Assembly: GCA_964447495.1 (NCBI GenBank)
Contig: CAYUTF010000009.1
Span: 1-54,910 of the forward strand
Direction: 5' to 3'
DNA: 54,910 bases
DNA from: an uncultured archaeon
Lineage (GTDB): Archaea > Asgardarchaeota > Lokiarchaeia > Sigyniarchaeales > SOKP01
How positions within the stretch are numbered: the first letter of the stretch is position 1; each line of letters begins with the position of its first letter. This document shows positions 40,375-50,256 of the stretch, one piece after another. Under the pieces are notes generated by a model. The model saw nothing but the letters and a program-made list of their open reading frames with translations. It was not told where the DNA came from and made no database searches. Position numbers and translations under genes: made by a program.

Positions 40375-40450
40375 TTTAGATACTATAACTCTTATCGTTT
40401 ACTAATATGAATTCTAAAATTTTTGATATTTTAATAAATTTTTGATCTAA

Positions 40451-41290
40451 TTATGATTCTATTTCGAGTTCCTCAAGTTTAGTCATAAATTCTTCGATTT
40501 TCCCATTAAAAATCTTAAAGGTTTCTTTAATAAGTATATCAAATGGTAAAACTCCATCACTTTCAATAGAAAAGATATATGCATCTTTTTTATGGGAGAG
40601 TTTAATTTTTCCGTTTGAATTATGTTCACATGAATTACATAGAGTACAGCTTTTCCAATAGTCTTCCTTTAGTTCTAAAGTTTTCTCATTTTTAGATGAA
40701 TATAAATCTTCTGGACATGTTTTTACAATAAGATTAATTTCCTCTGGATCTGTTATTTCTTTTTCATTAAATTCTATAATGGGAAGATATCTAAATGCTA
40801 CATTTGAAACAGCTTGCCATTTAGCATGATCTTTAGCCTTACCTAGAATTGCATAGGCTTCAATTATGACTTTATCCTTTTTATCTATTTTAACAATAGG
40901 TATTTTTGGATGAACAGGGATTATCTTTGGATCATTAGAATTTAAATCTCCAGAATAAATTTCTAATGGATTGTTTGTTGTATTAGTAATTTCACATGTT
41001 AATGATACTTGACACATTGGACACCCATAACCCCCACAATCGCAATCTTGGGGTAATTTATATACTGACAAATCGGTTTTAAGAGGGATTAATCCTAATC
41101 TATGCGATATAATCTCATCATAAAGAGGGCTATCATTTTTAAGAACTATTACTTCATCAATTGCCATAACGGGTATTTCCGTTAAAATGATTCTCCTCAA
41201 AGCATTTACCATTTCAATAGATACATCCTCAATAATAAAGATTAGATTATACTCTGATTTTTCTAGTACTTCAAGCTTCAATGGGCTCAT
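40451..41290 (-). CDS. rpoD: DNA-directed RNA polymerase subunit D (Rpo3)
   Basis: NALRR, EIPVMAIDEV, DEIISHRLGLIPL, HAKW. Confidence 0.96.
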   Translation of the reverse strand: MSPLKLEVLEKSEYNLIFIIEDVSIEMVNALRRIILTEIPVMAIDEVIVLKNDSPLYDEIISHRLGLIPLKTDLSVYKLPQDCDCGGYGCPMCQVSLTCEITNTTNNPLEIYSGDLNSNDPKIIPVHPKIPIVKIDKKDKVIIEAYAILGKAKDHAKWQAVSNVAFRYLPIIEFNEKEITDPEEINLIVKTCPEDLYSSKNEKTLELKEDYWKSCTLCNSCEHNSNGKIKLSHKKDAYIFSIESDGVLPFDILIKETFKIFNGKIEEFMTKLEELEIES

Positions 41291-41396
41291 AATTTCAAAA
41301 AACTCGAAATTTTTTTTCTATAATTTGAATATTATTTGAAATATGCTATTTTAGATAAATTTTTCTGTTCTAGCTTAAAAAATAGGATAAAAAGAA

Positions 41397-42725
41397 TTAA
41401 AATAATTTAAAATACTCATATGCTTTATTCCCTTCTTGAAAACAGTATTTGATCTCTTGAAAGTCTTTTCGAAAATCAATTACTTCTTGTTTAATTTTTT
41501 TAGGGTCCTTTTTATCGATAATAATCTTTTTCATGAATTCTGCTATATCTTGCATATCACTTTTTCCCATACCGAGCCTTGTTACTTCAGAAGTTCCAAT
41601 CCGCAAACCTCCAGGATTCTCATAATGTCTTCCTTCAGCGAGATCTCGTGGAAGCAAATTCCTATTTAATATAATATTGCTTGATTCTAGTAATGCTTCA
41701 ATATCTCCTCCAAGACCTATAGATTTTGCATGATCTGCAATATCGACGACAATTTGATGTGATTCGGTAAACCCTTTATGTTCCATTAATACCGTCAACC
41801 CCCTTTCATTAAGAGCTTGACCTAGTGCTTTTGCATTTTCTATAACATTTTTATGATATACTTTGCCAAACTCAAGCATTTCAGCTAACGCTATTGCTAA
41901 TCCTGCAACATTATGTAAATGATGGTTTGAAAGAAGGGCTGGAAACGCACACGACCTTAAAGTATCGATTAAGTCTTCCCTATTCGAGACTAATGTGCCA
42001 TGTTGAGGACCTGGTAATGTTTTGTGGGTACTCATCGTCATTGCATCTGCACCTTCTCTTAAAGGATCTTGAAAGTATCCAGATCCAATTAATCCTGCAA
42101 CGTGAGCAGCATCATATCCAACATAAGCTCCAACTTCCTTGGCAACTTCACTAAGCTCTTTTACAGGGTGAGGAAATAGAAAAACAGACCCTCCAAAAAG
42201 TACTAATTCTGGCTCGAATCTTCTAATAATTTTGGCAGATGCATCTATATCAAGGTTCATCTCATCATTATCAAACGCAAGATACTCAATATTCAAACCT
42301 CTTGTCGTGCCTGCAGTTCCAAAAATCTCTCTTCCACTTTTTGCGAATCTTGGTCCATGTGATATATGTCCGCCTCTAATAATAGACATGCAACACATTT
42401 TTCCATTATTATCCGATGTAAACGCATTATACATTGCTAAATTTGCCACAACTCCGGAAATAGGTCTTACATCCGCATGTATACATTTGAAATATTCTTT
42501 CGCAAGTTCCATACAAATATCTTCTACTTGATCAATATATTTACATCCAGCATACACCCTTTGCCCTGACCAACCTTCAGCATAACGGTGGCTAAAATCA
42601 CACAAACATGCTTCATCAACGGCAGGACTCGTTATATTTTCAGAAGCGATAAGTGGTATTGATTTTTGGAATAAATCATGGTGTTCCATTAATATTTTTC
42701 TGATCTCTTCGACTTTCTTTTTCAC
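41397..42725 (-). CDS. glyA: Serine hydroxymethyltransferase
   Basis: LIASEN, YAEG, GGHISHG, DAAH, PLP-lysine STHKTLPGPQ, GLRIGT. Confidence 0.96.
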   Translation of the reverse strand: MKKKVEEIRKILMEHHDLFQKSIPLIASENITSPAVDEACLCDFSHRYAEGWSGQRVYAGCKYIDQVEDICMELAKEYFKCIHADVRPISGVVANLAMYNAFTSDNNGKMCCMSIIRGGHISHGPRFAKSGREIFGTAGTTRGLNIEYLAFDNDEMNLDIDASAKIIRRFEPELVLFGGSVFLFPHPVKELSEVAKEVGAYVGYDAAHVAGLIGSGYFQDPLREGADAMTMSTHKTLPGPQHGTLVSNREDLIDTLRSCAFPALLSNHHLHNVAGLAIALAEMLEFGKVYHKNVIENAKALGQALNERGLTVLMEHKGFTESHQIVVDIADHAKSIGLGGDIEALLESSNIILNRNLLPRDLAEGRHYENPGGLRIGTSEVTRLGMGKSDMQDIAEFMKKIIIDKKDPKKIKQEVIDFRKDFQEIKYCFQEGNKAYEYFKLF

Positions 42726-42835
42726 TTTAAATCATTTAGTTTTATAATATTTTGAATTATTAAATTTAAAATAAAATGGCAATTTTTTTAAATCTTTTTG
42801 GTAAAAAATAAGATTAGTTAAATTAATACCCAAAT

Positions 42836-43771
42836 TTATCTTTTAGATTTTTCTAAAATAAGTCGAGCTTCAAATAAATTTAACTTCTTTCCCGCCTTTT
42901 GTTTTTCTAAAGCGGTTGCTAATTTATCTTGTTTTAATTTTTCGAGATCTTCATTTCTCTGATTGTTTGCATTATGATACTTTTTAGATTTTTTGGATGA
43001 TGATTTGTATTGCTTCTTACCTTTTGAAAATTTCTTCTTTTGGTTCATTAATCCCAAGAATTTATCATGAAATATATCAGCAGATTTTTTATTGTCAATT
43101 AATTCTTCCTCAATTCTCTTTTTTTTTTCTTTTAAATCATTTATGATTTGGTAAGATTCTTGCATCTTTGAATGGTAATTTTGGGATTTATTTGACCATT
43201 TATTCAACTGCTCATAGATTTTGTTTAAATTTATTTTAATGATTTGGATTTTTCTCTCTATTTTAAATGTGTAAGAATTTTGTTGTTTTGTTAAATATTC
43301 TTGTTTATTTTGCGCTAATTCTTTAATTTTGTCAATAATAGAATTTTCCTCAGAAATATTTAGATTTTCGGTTTCAATAATTCGTTCTAATCCTTCAATC
43401 TTTCGTTCAATTTGTTTGATTGAAAGAAATTTATTTTCTATTTTACCGTTTTTATTTGTTCCTTGTAAATCTTTCTTTTCTTCAATGCTTTTATCAAGCA
43501 TTTTCTTATATTCAATTTTTTTATCTTTTAATTTTCTTACTTTCTCATTCCAATAATCTCGTTTCTTTTTATAATCGTCTTTAGCTAATTTTAGATATTT
43601 ACTGACTTCTGTATCTATATCTTGCAATTGGTTAATATAATCTTTAGTTTTACCATTCAATTCGTCTCTTTTTTTCCTAAATTCCTCGATCTGAGTCTGA
43701 AGTTCTTGAAACGAGATTCTAGAATTTTGAGGGGAATTTAATTTCTCGCTACTCATATAAAAAGGCATCAA
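42836..43771 (-). CDS. Archaeal coiled-coil protein (COG1340-like)
   Basis: Heptad-rich K/E/Q sequence with KRDELN, ERIIETENLNISEEN and C-terminal GKKLNL. Confidence 0.7.
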   Translation of the reverse strand: MMPFYMSSEKLNSPQNSRISFQELQTQIEEFRKKRDELNGKTKDYINQLQDIDTEVSKYLKLAKDDYKKKRDYWNEKVRKLKDKKIEYKKMLDKSIEEKKDLQGTNKNGKIENKFLSIKQIERKIEGLERIIETENLNISEENSIIDKIKELAQNKQEYLTKQQNSYTFKIERKIQIIKINLNKIYEQLNKWSNKSQNYHSKMQESYQIINDLKEKKKRIEEELIDNKKSADIFHDKFLGLMNQKKKFSKGKKQYKSSSKKSKKYHNANNQRNEDLEKLKQDKLATALEKQKAGKKLNLFEARLILEKSKR

Positions 43772-44006
43772 AGAGTAATTATATAATAATCGATATCATC
43801 AACGATTATTTATTTCAATTTTACATTTATTTTATATTTTTTGTAAAAAATTGTAAAGAAACCTCTAAAATTCTCTTTCTTTACTTTTTTGTAAATACGC
43901 ATAACTGAAGTTCTTGTCTAAAATATTTAAAAAAGTTTGAAAACAATTAATTTTCGTAAAAAATTTAACAGTTATAAGATATTTAGACAATATAGAGTTA
44001 CTATAT

Positions 44007-44891
44007 ATGGTAGTAAGAATGACTTCTGAGCTAATTAATGAAAATGATTTGGTATATCTTGTATATGATAACAGAAGAAAATGGTTAATTACTGTTAAAA
44101 AAGGAGAAGCATTTCATACAAATAGAGGTTATATAGAATTTAACGATCTTATAAATATTCCTTTTGGTTCTGTAATTTTTTCTAAACCATTTGATACTCA
44201 AGGATATAAATTTTATGCCCTTAAGCCATTACCTTCGGATTATATCCTTCATATGAGTAGAAAAACTCAAATAATATACCCTGAAGATGCAGGGTTAATA
44301 TTATTATATGGCGGTATTAGTCCAGGATGTAGGATATTGGAGGCAGGATGTGGTTCGGGAGCGCTTACTTGTATATTAGGGAATTATGTAAAACCTAACG
44401 GCCATGTTTATTCTTTTGATAATCGTGAATCTAGTCTTAAAAGAGCTAAAATGAATATTAATAAAGCTCAACTTGACGAATATGTTACAATTCAATATGC
44501 AGACATTTTAAAAGATGATTTACAACTTCAGGCAATTGATACAATTGTACTGGATATAGCAGAACCATGGGATGCTGTTACAAAAGTTAAAAATTATTTA
44601 AAACTAAGTGGAATCCTTGTATCTTTCTCACCAACTATAGAGCAAGTTAAAAAAACCACGTTTGAATTGAGAAAGAATGATTTTTTTGATATTAACACTT
44701 ATGAACTAATAAAAAGAACAATGCAAGTTAAAGAAAATGCTACAAGACCTCAAGTAAGGATGATTGGACACACGGGATATCTAACATTTGGCAGAAATAT
44801 TAAAAACACGATTAACCCATATCGGGAAAGAAAACCAACTGAAAATGAAATATTTGATCTTAATGACATGCCTCTCCGAGGAGAATTTTAA
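44007..44891 (+). CDS. trmI: tRNA (adenine57/58-N1)-methyltransferase
   Basis: FHTNRG, RKTQIIYPED, EAGCGSG, LDIAEPW, PTIEQ, RMIGHTGYL. Confidence 0.94.
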   Translation: MVVRMTSELINENDLVYLVYDNRRKWLITVKKGEAFHTNRGYIEFNDLINIPFGSVIFSKPFDTQGYKFYALKPLPSDYILHMSRKTQIIYPEDAGLILLYGGISPGCRILEAGCGSGALTCILGNYVKPNGHVYSFDNRESSLKRAKMNINKAQLDEYVTIQYADILKDDLQLQAIDTIVLDIAEPWDAVTKVKNYLKLSGILVSFSPTIEQVKKTTFELRKNDFFDINTYELIKRTMQVKENATRPQVRMIGHTGYLTFGRNIKNTINPYRERKPTENEIFDLNDMPLRGEF

Positions 44892-44901
44892 TACTAAATA
44901 A

Positions 44902-45333
44902 TTAAAAACCTTTCAATTTCATACCAGTCTGCATTTCTTTCTTTTTCTTAAATCGCTGAGTTTTAAAGTAATGCTTTTTCTTTTCAGGCAAAATGTCAAT
45001 ATACTTTCGCAAGATATCTTCCACATATTCTTTTGTTTCTTTCTGTGGAATTTTATTAGGATTTGTTAAATAATCCAATATTTCCTTATCTTTAACATCT
45101 GGAGATAATCCTAAATTTTTAATAGGAATATGGAATGAATGAATAAACCAACCAGACACTTTCTCATCATGGGCTATAACTCTTAAAATATTATTTCCTT
45201 CTTTTTTTATTTTAATATCGAGAATTTTTTTCCCAGGACGGACAATAATGCTGGCATATTCGGGAATTTTATTTTTTGGATCATGAATTTTTTTAAAAAA
45301 TTCCTTTAATTTTTCATTCATTTTTCGTTCCAA
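44902..45333 (-). CDS. Hypothetical basic protein
   Basis: 143 aa ORF filling the gap. No motif recognised. Confidence 0.6.
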   Translation of the reverse strand: MERKMNEKLKEFFKKIHDPKNKIPEYASIIVRPGKKILDIKIKKEGNNILRVIAHDEKVSGWFIHSFHIPIKNLGLSPDVKDKEILDYLTNPNKIPQKETKEYVEDILRKYIDILPEKKKHYFKTQRFKKKKEMQTGMKLKGF

Positions 45334-45419
45334 TTTATTATATTGCTGAAATATATATAGTTTAAAGTAATATGACTAAATAATTTTATTATAAACAATT
45401 TTATTAAAATATATGAATT

Positions 45420-45842
45420 ATGACTGTTGAATTTCATAGCTTTGAATTACAAACAAAAGCATATTGCGATGTCATTAATATAACCACTCAAGTCCAAAAT
45501 GCTATTAAACGCAGCAAACTAACAAGTGGAATTGTTAATGTTCATGTAGCGGGGTCCACTGGAGCAATATCAACTACTGAATTTGAACCAGGATTGGTAC
45601 AGCATGATATACAACACTTTTTAGAAAAAATCATTCCATATAACCGTGAATATGAACATCATAAAACTTGGGGAGATCTCAATGGTGCTGGCCATTTAAG
45701 AAGTTTTCTCATAAAAACATCTCAAACATTTCCATTTAAGGATAAGAAATTACTGTTAGGGACATGGCAACAAATTATCTTCTTAGAAAATGATGAAAAA
45801 TCTCGTAGACGTCAAATATACTTAACACTTATAGGAGATTAA
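45420..45842 (+). CDS. YjbQ/UPF0047 family protein
   Basis: NIT..V, GSTGAI, EPGL, NGAGH, LGTWQQI. Confidence 0.92.
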   Translation: MTVEFHSFELQTKAYCDVINITTQVQNAIKRSKLTSGIVNVHVAGSTGAISTTEFEPGLVQHDIQHFLEKIIPYNREYEHHKTWGDLNGAGHLRSFLIKTSQTFPFKDKKLLLGTWQQIIFLENDEKSRRRQIYLTLIGD

Positions 45843-46048
45843 TGCTGCAATACAAAAAATTGGCTAAAATCTTTCATAAGTATGCTATATATCTCTCTAC
45901 GATGAATGTCCGTCATTTTTAATATAGTAAAGTAATTATCCTGTGTTTTATTCTTGAATAACGGTATTTTCCTTACCAAACCATTGAATTCTTTCTTCTG
46001 AATTATTTGAAATTTCAAATTTTCATAGAAATGATTTTCATGATCCAT
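45839..46048 (-). CDS. Hypothetical microprotein, paralog of 46231-46461
   Basis: Aligns by eye with the neighbouring ORF. GTTGTGA SD-like element lies before the ATG. Confidence 0.65.
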   Translation of the reverse strand: MDHENHFYENLKFQIIQKKEFNGLVRKIPLFKNKTQDNYFTILKMTDIHRREIYSILMKDFSQFFVLQH

Positions 46049-46230
46049 TTTTTCACAACTCTCTTTTTCTTTTAATTTAATTGAATTATCATGTATTTTA
46101 TTAAAAAAAGAGAATGTTATCTATAAGCCATAGATATATTATTCAAGTAATATATAAAGAAGAATTGATGAGAATAAAAATTAGTTTAAAAGAAAGATGA
46201 ATTTAGATTTAGATTATTGTTATTGAATAA

Positions 46231-46461
46231 CTATTTCTCAATTAACTTATTAAATTCGTGAACTAAAAGGGTATAAATATCTCTTCGCCTCACATCCTCA
46301 AAATTATCTATCATCTTGAGAATTTTAAAATTACTATCTTCTAATTTTGCATTGAACATTGGAATGTTTTTAATTAAATGATCTGACTTAAATTTCCGAT
46401 TAATTTGAAATCTTAAGTACTCTACAAACCTGTTTTCATTTTCGAACAAACTTATCCCCAA
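46231..46461 (-). CDS. Hypothetical microprotein, paralog of 45839-46048
   Basis: Shared motifs EN.F...L.FQI, IP.F, F.ILKM.D, RR.IY..L...F. Confidence 0.65.
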   Translation of the reverse strand: MGISLFENENRFVEYLRFQINRKFKSDHLIKNIPMFNAKLEDSNFKILKMIDNFEDVRRRDIYTLLVHEFNKLIEK

Positions 46462-46755
46462 TCATAATTAGGTATTTAAAAAGATTAGGCTCAAATTTGA
46501 TTAAAAAAACGATATATCATTGTTGTATTTTTTAAGTATTTTTCAAGTATTATAACAAAGTTTTACTTTCTTCAATGATAATGATGATTGATAGCGTTCA
46601 AATTAAAATTTGAATCAATGTAACTATCATTAGACTAAACAACATAAGGTTATAAATAATGAATTTCTCTTTCTAATAAAAAATTTCATTACTTTTTTAA
46701 GATTAAATAAGAGAGTAAATTACAATAAGAATTTCATAATAAATGTTTTTAATCA

Positions 46756-47691
46756 GTGAAAAATATGGACGATCTCATAAAAATTATTATCGCAGGATTA
46801 GATAATGCTGGAAAGACTTCAATCCTAACCGCTTTAGATAAAAAGTATGATTTTCGTAAAGACATTATTTCACTCACCCCAACGATTCGCGTGGAATATC
46901 ATGCCACCGAGTTTTTGAGAAACCGAGTTGTCTTTTGGGATATGGGTGGTCAGGAAAAATACAGGGAAATTTATGAAAAAAAACAAGATATCTATTTTTC
47001 AGGAACAGATCTGTTACTTTTTGTCATCGATATCCAAGATACAGAGAGATTTGATACAACGCTTGAATATTTAGATATGATTCTTCAGAATTTTTTAAAA
47101 CAGAAGCTTGAAGTCCCCTTAATTATTACTTTTCATAAATTTGACCCCGATATACATGATGCTGAGAAAATTATATTAGCCGTTAATCAATTACGGGAAA
47201 GAATTATTAATAAATACCATATGTTTAAGATATTATTTCAGCAAACTTCAATATACGATATTATTTCTATAGTTCAATTAATCTCTTATGGATTATCTGT
47301 GTTTGATGAAAAATTCTTTGAACTTTCTACCTTATTAGAAAATTACTTAGAAGAATTCAAATGCAAATCTCTAATTTTATTTGATAAAAATGGAATTATT
47401 ATCAGTGAATTTTATAGCAGTATAATCGAGCCTCAAATTTATATTGAATTTTTAGAATCTATTAAAGAACATCTTTTTCTTTTAAAAAGGATGCAAGAAG
47501 AAGAATATGAAGCAGCCTGCAATTTTTCTACCATTGGAAATGAGCTATTATCCTATCTACATAAAATAGAAATTGGTGGGCAGTCATTTTTTACTTCTGT
47601 AATCATCCAAGAAAATTACAAAGATGCGTTTCTTGAGAAGTTTTCTGATTTTCTTATTGATTTAAGAGCGTTATTAGAACCTTTAGTTTAA
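46756..47691 (+). CDS. Arf/Rag-like small GTPase with C-terminal roadblock/longin-like domain
   Basis: GLDNAGKTS, PT, WDMGGQEKYR, G4 HKFD, TSIYD. C-terminal SLILFDKNGIIISEF segment. Confidence 0.85.
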   Translation: MKNMDDLIKIIIAGLDNAGKTSILTALDKKYDFRKDIISLTPTIRVEYHATEFLRNRVVFWDMGGQEKYREIYEKKQDIYFSGTDLLLFVIDIQDTERFDTTLEYLDMILQNFLKQKLEVPLIITFHKFDPDIHDAEKIILAVNQLRERIINKYHMFKILFQQTSIYDIISIVQLISYGLSVFDEKFFELSTLLENYLEEFKCKSLILFDKNGIIISEFYSSIIEPQIYIEFLESIKEHLFLLKRMQEEEYEAACNFSTIGNELLSYLHKIEIGGQSFFTSVIIQENYKDAFLEKFSDFLIDLRALLEPLV

Positions 47692-47710
47692 ATGTAACCC
47701 CTTCTAACGC

Positions 47711-48871
47711 CTAAACTTTTTTTAATTTGTCCGAGATAATTTTTTTTAGATCAATCTTCTCTTTAATTAGGTACTGATCTAAGATATCTTTTGCTTTTTC
47801 TCTTTTTTCCTGGTGTACTTTGAGAAATTTATTGATCTTCTGTATAAGATTATTCTTACACTCTCCACATAAAAGGTCCCCTGCGATACATCTTGATTCA
47901 ATAGTCTTAAGCTCATTATCATCTAATGTAAACAGCATGAAATGATATTTGAAGACTGAGCATATTGAAGGATTGCCTCCCAGTTCTCTTTGTAGTTTTG
48001 CATTAGCTTGCCCGCCTGTAAATGCATTATTCACCTTTTTCTTGACTTCTTCTGGATTGTCGGTTGTAAATATTGCGGTATTCTCTATAGATGCGGACAT
48101 TTTGCCGCCTTGCTGAAGACTCGGGAGGAAAATACATTGAATGGAAGCGGGTTTGAAATATCCAAGTTTTGGTAAAACATCTCGGGATAGTCTAAAGTGA
48201 GGGTCTTGATCTACGGCATGTGGAATTAAGCAGGGGATATTTTTCCCCTCTATTAAGCTTTTAATTATGGCAGGAACTGTTTGAATACTAGTATAAAATA
48301 TCTGCCCTACATTAGCACTATTATCTAAACCAAAGGTTGCTTTAATCGTAGAATAAGTAATTTTTTTTGCGATCTTTAAAGCACTCCGATAAAGTGTTCC
48401 AGCAAGATCAATATCTGAAAAGATAAAAGTCTTCTTCGGATCAAAACCTAATGCAATAATATCTAATGCATTATCATATGAGTAATTATATGCCTCTTCA
48501 TATGAAAGCGATTGATTGAATAGAAATTTCTCATCATCTGTTAACTGAAACCATAATTCCACATTAAATTTATCTTGAAGCCATTTAGTAAAAATCCACG
48601 GCATGACATGACCTAAATGAACATTTCCAGAAGGTCCCCTTCCAGTATATAAATAAAAAGGATTTCCTTTTCTATATTCATCTAAAATCCACTTAAAATC
48701 TCTGTGAGCGAAAAAAATTTTCCTTGTTAGAAAGGGATGAATCTCTTTTGTAATCTCCTTAATATAAAATAAGAGTTTTTCATCAATAGGTTCGATGCCA
48801 AACTCTTTAATAAGTTGTTCATAATCAATTTCTCCAGAAACCTCCCATGGAGTAACAATAAAGTCAGGCAT
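47711..48871 (-). CDS. trpS: Tryptophan--tRNA ligase (archaeal/eukaryote type)
   Basis: VTPWEV, YTGRGPS, HLGH, DQDPHFR, KMSAS. Confidence 0.97.
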   Translation of the reverse strand: MPDFIVTPWEVSGEIDYEQLIKEFGIEPIDEKLLFYIKEITKEIHPFLTRKIFFAHRDFKWILDEYRKGNPFYLYTGRGPSGNVHLGHVMPWIFTKWLQDKFNVELWFQLTDDEKFLFNQSLSYEEAYNYSYDNALDIIALGFDPKKTFIFSDIDLAGTLYRSALKIAKKITYSTIKATFGLDNSANVGQIFYTSIQTVPAIIKSLIEGKNIPCLIPHAVDQDPHFRLSRDVLPKLGYFKPASIQCIFLPSLQQGGKMSASIENTAIFTTDNPEEVKKKVNNAFTGGQANAKLQRELGGNPSICSVFKYHFMLFTLDDNELKTIESRCIAGDLLCGECKNNLIQKINKFLKVHQEKREKAKDILDQYLIKEKIDLKKIISDKLKKV

Positions 48872-49132
48872 ATTATTGAATCACATTAAATTTTCATTTT
48901 TGTAATGTTCTATGAATTTAACAAAAATCGTAACATTACTATATTAATATAAGAAATATAGGCACCATAAAAAATGTTAATATAATTTAAGAAAATAAAC
49001 TATTAGCAGATTAATTATTCCTTTCTAAATTCGCTTATAATTTAGAGATAGTTTCGGTTTTTTGATAATAGAAATTTTGCTTCTTACTATAGAAATATAA
49101 CTTTTATAATCAGAAGTTATAATACTCTTACT

Positions 49133-49549
49133 TTGTGTGATATTAATATTATGAGTGCAAAAAATATTGATGATGATAGTGTATGGCAAGAAAAATTAAC
49201 AAAGGAACAATATAGGGTACTTCGAGAGAAGGGAACTGAACCTGCTTTTACAGGTAAATATTGGAATAACCATGAGAAGGGAATTTATAAATGTGCCGCA
49301 TGTGGTGCTCCGTTGTTTGATTCTGAAACAAAATTTGAATCAGGAAGTGGATGGCCTAGTTTTTATGCTCCAGTCGATAATGAGAAAGTTGAGAGCAAAA
49401 AAGATTTAAGCCATGGCATGGTACGTACAGAAGTATTATGTAAGAACTGCAAAAGCCATTTGGGACATGTATTTAAAGATGGTCCAAAACCAACAGGATT
49501 ACGATATTGTATCAACTCCATTTCCTTAGATTTTAAACAAGAAAAGTAG
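49133..49549 (+). CDS. msrB: Peptide-methionine (R)-S-oxide reductase MsrB
   Basis: [37 protein letters not shown]. Likely start is ATG 49151. Confidence 0.96.
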   Translation: MCDINIMSAKNIDDDSVWQEKLTKEQYRVLREKGTEPAFTGKYWNNHEKGIYKCAACGAPLFDSETKFESGSGWPSFYAPVDNEKVESKKDLSHGMVRTEVLCKNCKSHLGHVFKDGPKPTGLRYCINSISLDFKQEK

Positions 49550-49587
49550 TTCTTATATTTATTGTATTACTCCTTTTTTTATTTAAT

Positions 49588-50049
49588 TTATAAACCAATT
49601 ATCGAAGAAGAATTTTTATATTCTTTTAACACCATGTTAGAAATGGTTTTAGTAACATGATCTTTTTCATTGATTTTCCTAATAAACTTATGAACGTCTT
49701 CTGATTCTTTAAATCTACAGATTAAACAAGCGGATTGTTCTCCAGTCGTGTGAAAAACGGAACAAACTTCTGGAATGGTACTAATTTCTTCTAATATTTT
49801 TGTCGTATACTTCCCATCAATTTGGATACGGATTAAAAAAGTTAGTTTATACCCTAATTTCTCATTATTAAGATTTACAGTATACCCTTCAATAATTTTA
49901 TTTTTTTCCAATTTATTCAAACGATTATGAATTGTACCAATTGAGATGCCTAATTTGTTATTTATTTCTCGATAAGAAGTTTTTGCATCCTCCTGCAAAA
50001 TTCGAATTATACCTCTATCAATATCATCAAGTGTTTTTTCTTTTTTCAT
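49588..50049 (-). CDS. Lrp/AsnC family transcriptional regulator
   Basis: LDDIDRGIIRILQEDAKTS wHTH and RAM domain with HTTGE. Confidence 0.93.
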   Translation of the reverse strand: MKKEKTLDDIDRGIIRILQEDAKTSYREINNKLGISIGTIHNRLNKLEKNKIIEGYTVNLNNEKLGYKLTFLIRIQIDGKYTTKILEEISTIPEVCSVFHTTGEQSACLICRFKESEDVHKFIRKINEKDHVTKTISNMVLKEYKNSSSIIGL

Positions 50050-50133
50050 ATTTTGATCAGCTTAAGAATTTAGTATACAAATAGAGAACAATATTTATTA
50101 TATTGAAAATCATTTATAACTTTTATTTGAAGT

Positions 50134-50146
50134 TGAACAATTTTCA
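50134..50146. promoter_or_regulatory. Putative Lrp-family operator (TGAACAATTTTCA)
   Basis: Imperfect palindrome TGAA-N5-TTCA in the divergent Lrp/thermosome intergenic region, with related copies nearby. Confidence 0.45.
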
Positions 50147-50256
50147 GTTCCTAAATTTGATTTATAATATAATGATCTCTAAATCACAAAATTTATTTTT
50201 TATAAAAAATAATAATTTTCTATATAATCAATTGAACAATATTAGTTGAATAAAAT

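Noticed and set aside
40375-40450. Possible tRNA between rpoD and rpl18e, as in some archaea
   Set aside because: The gap is almost pure A/T with no cloverleaf or TTCGA motif.
46597-46614. Inverted repeat TTCAAATT-AA-AATTTGAA, considered as an operator or SECIS-like stem
   Set aside because: 8 bp AT-rich arms are expected by chance at this composition, and no UGA-containing selenoprotein gene is nearby.
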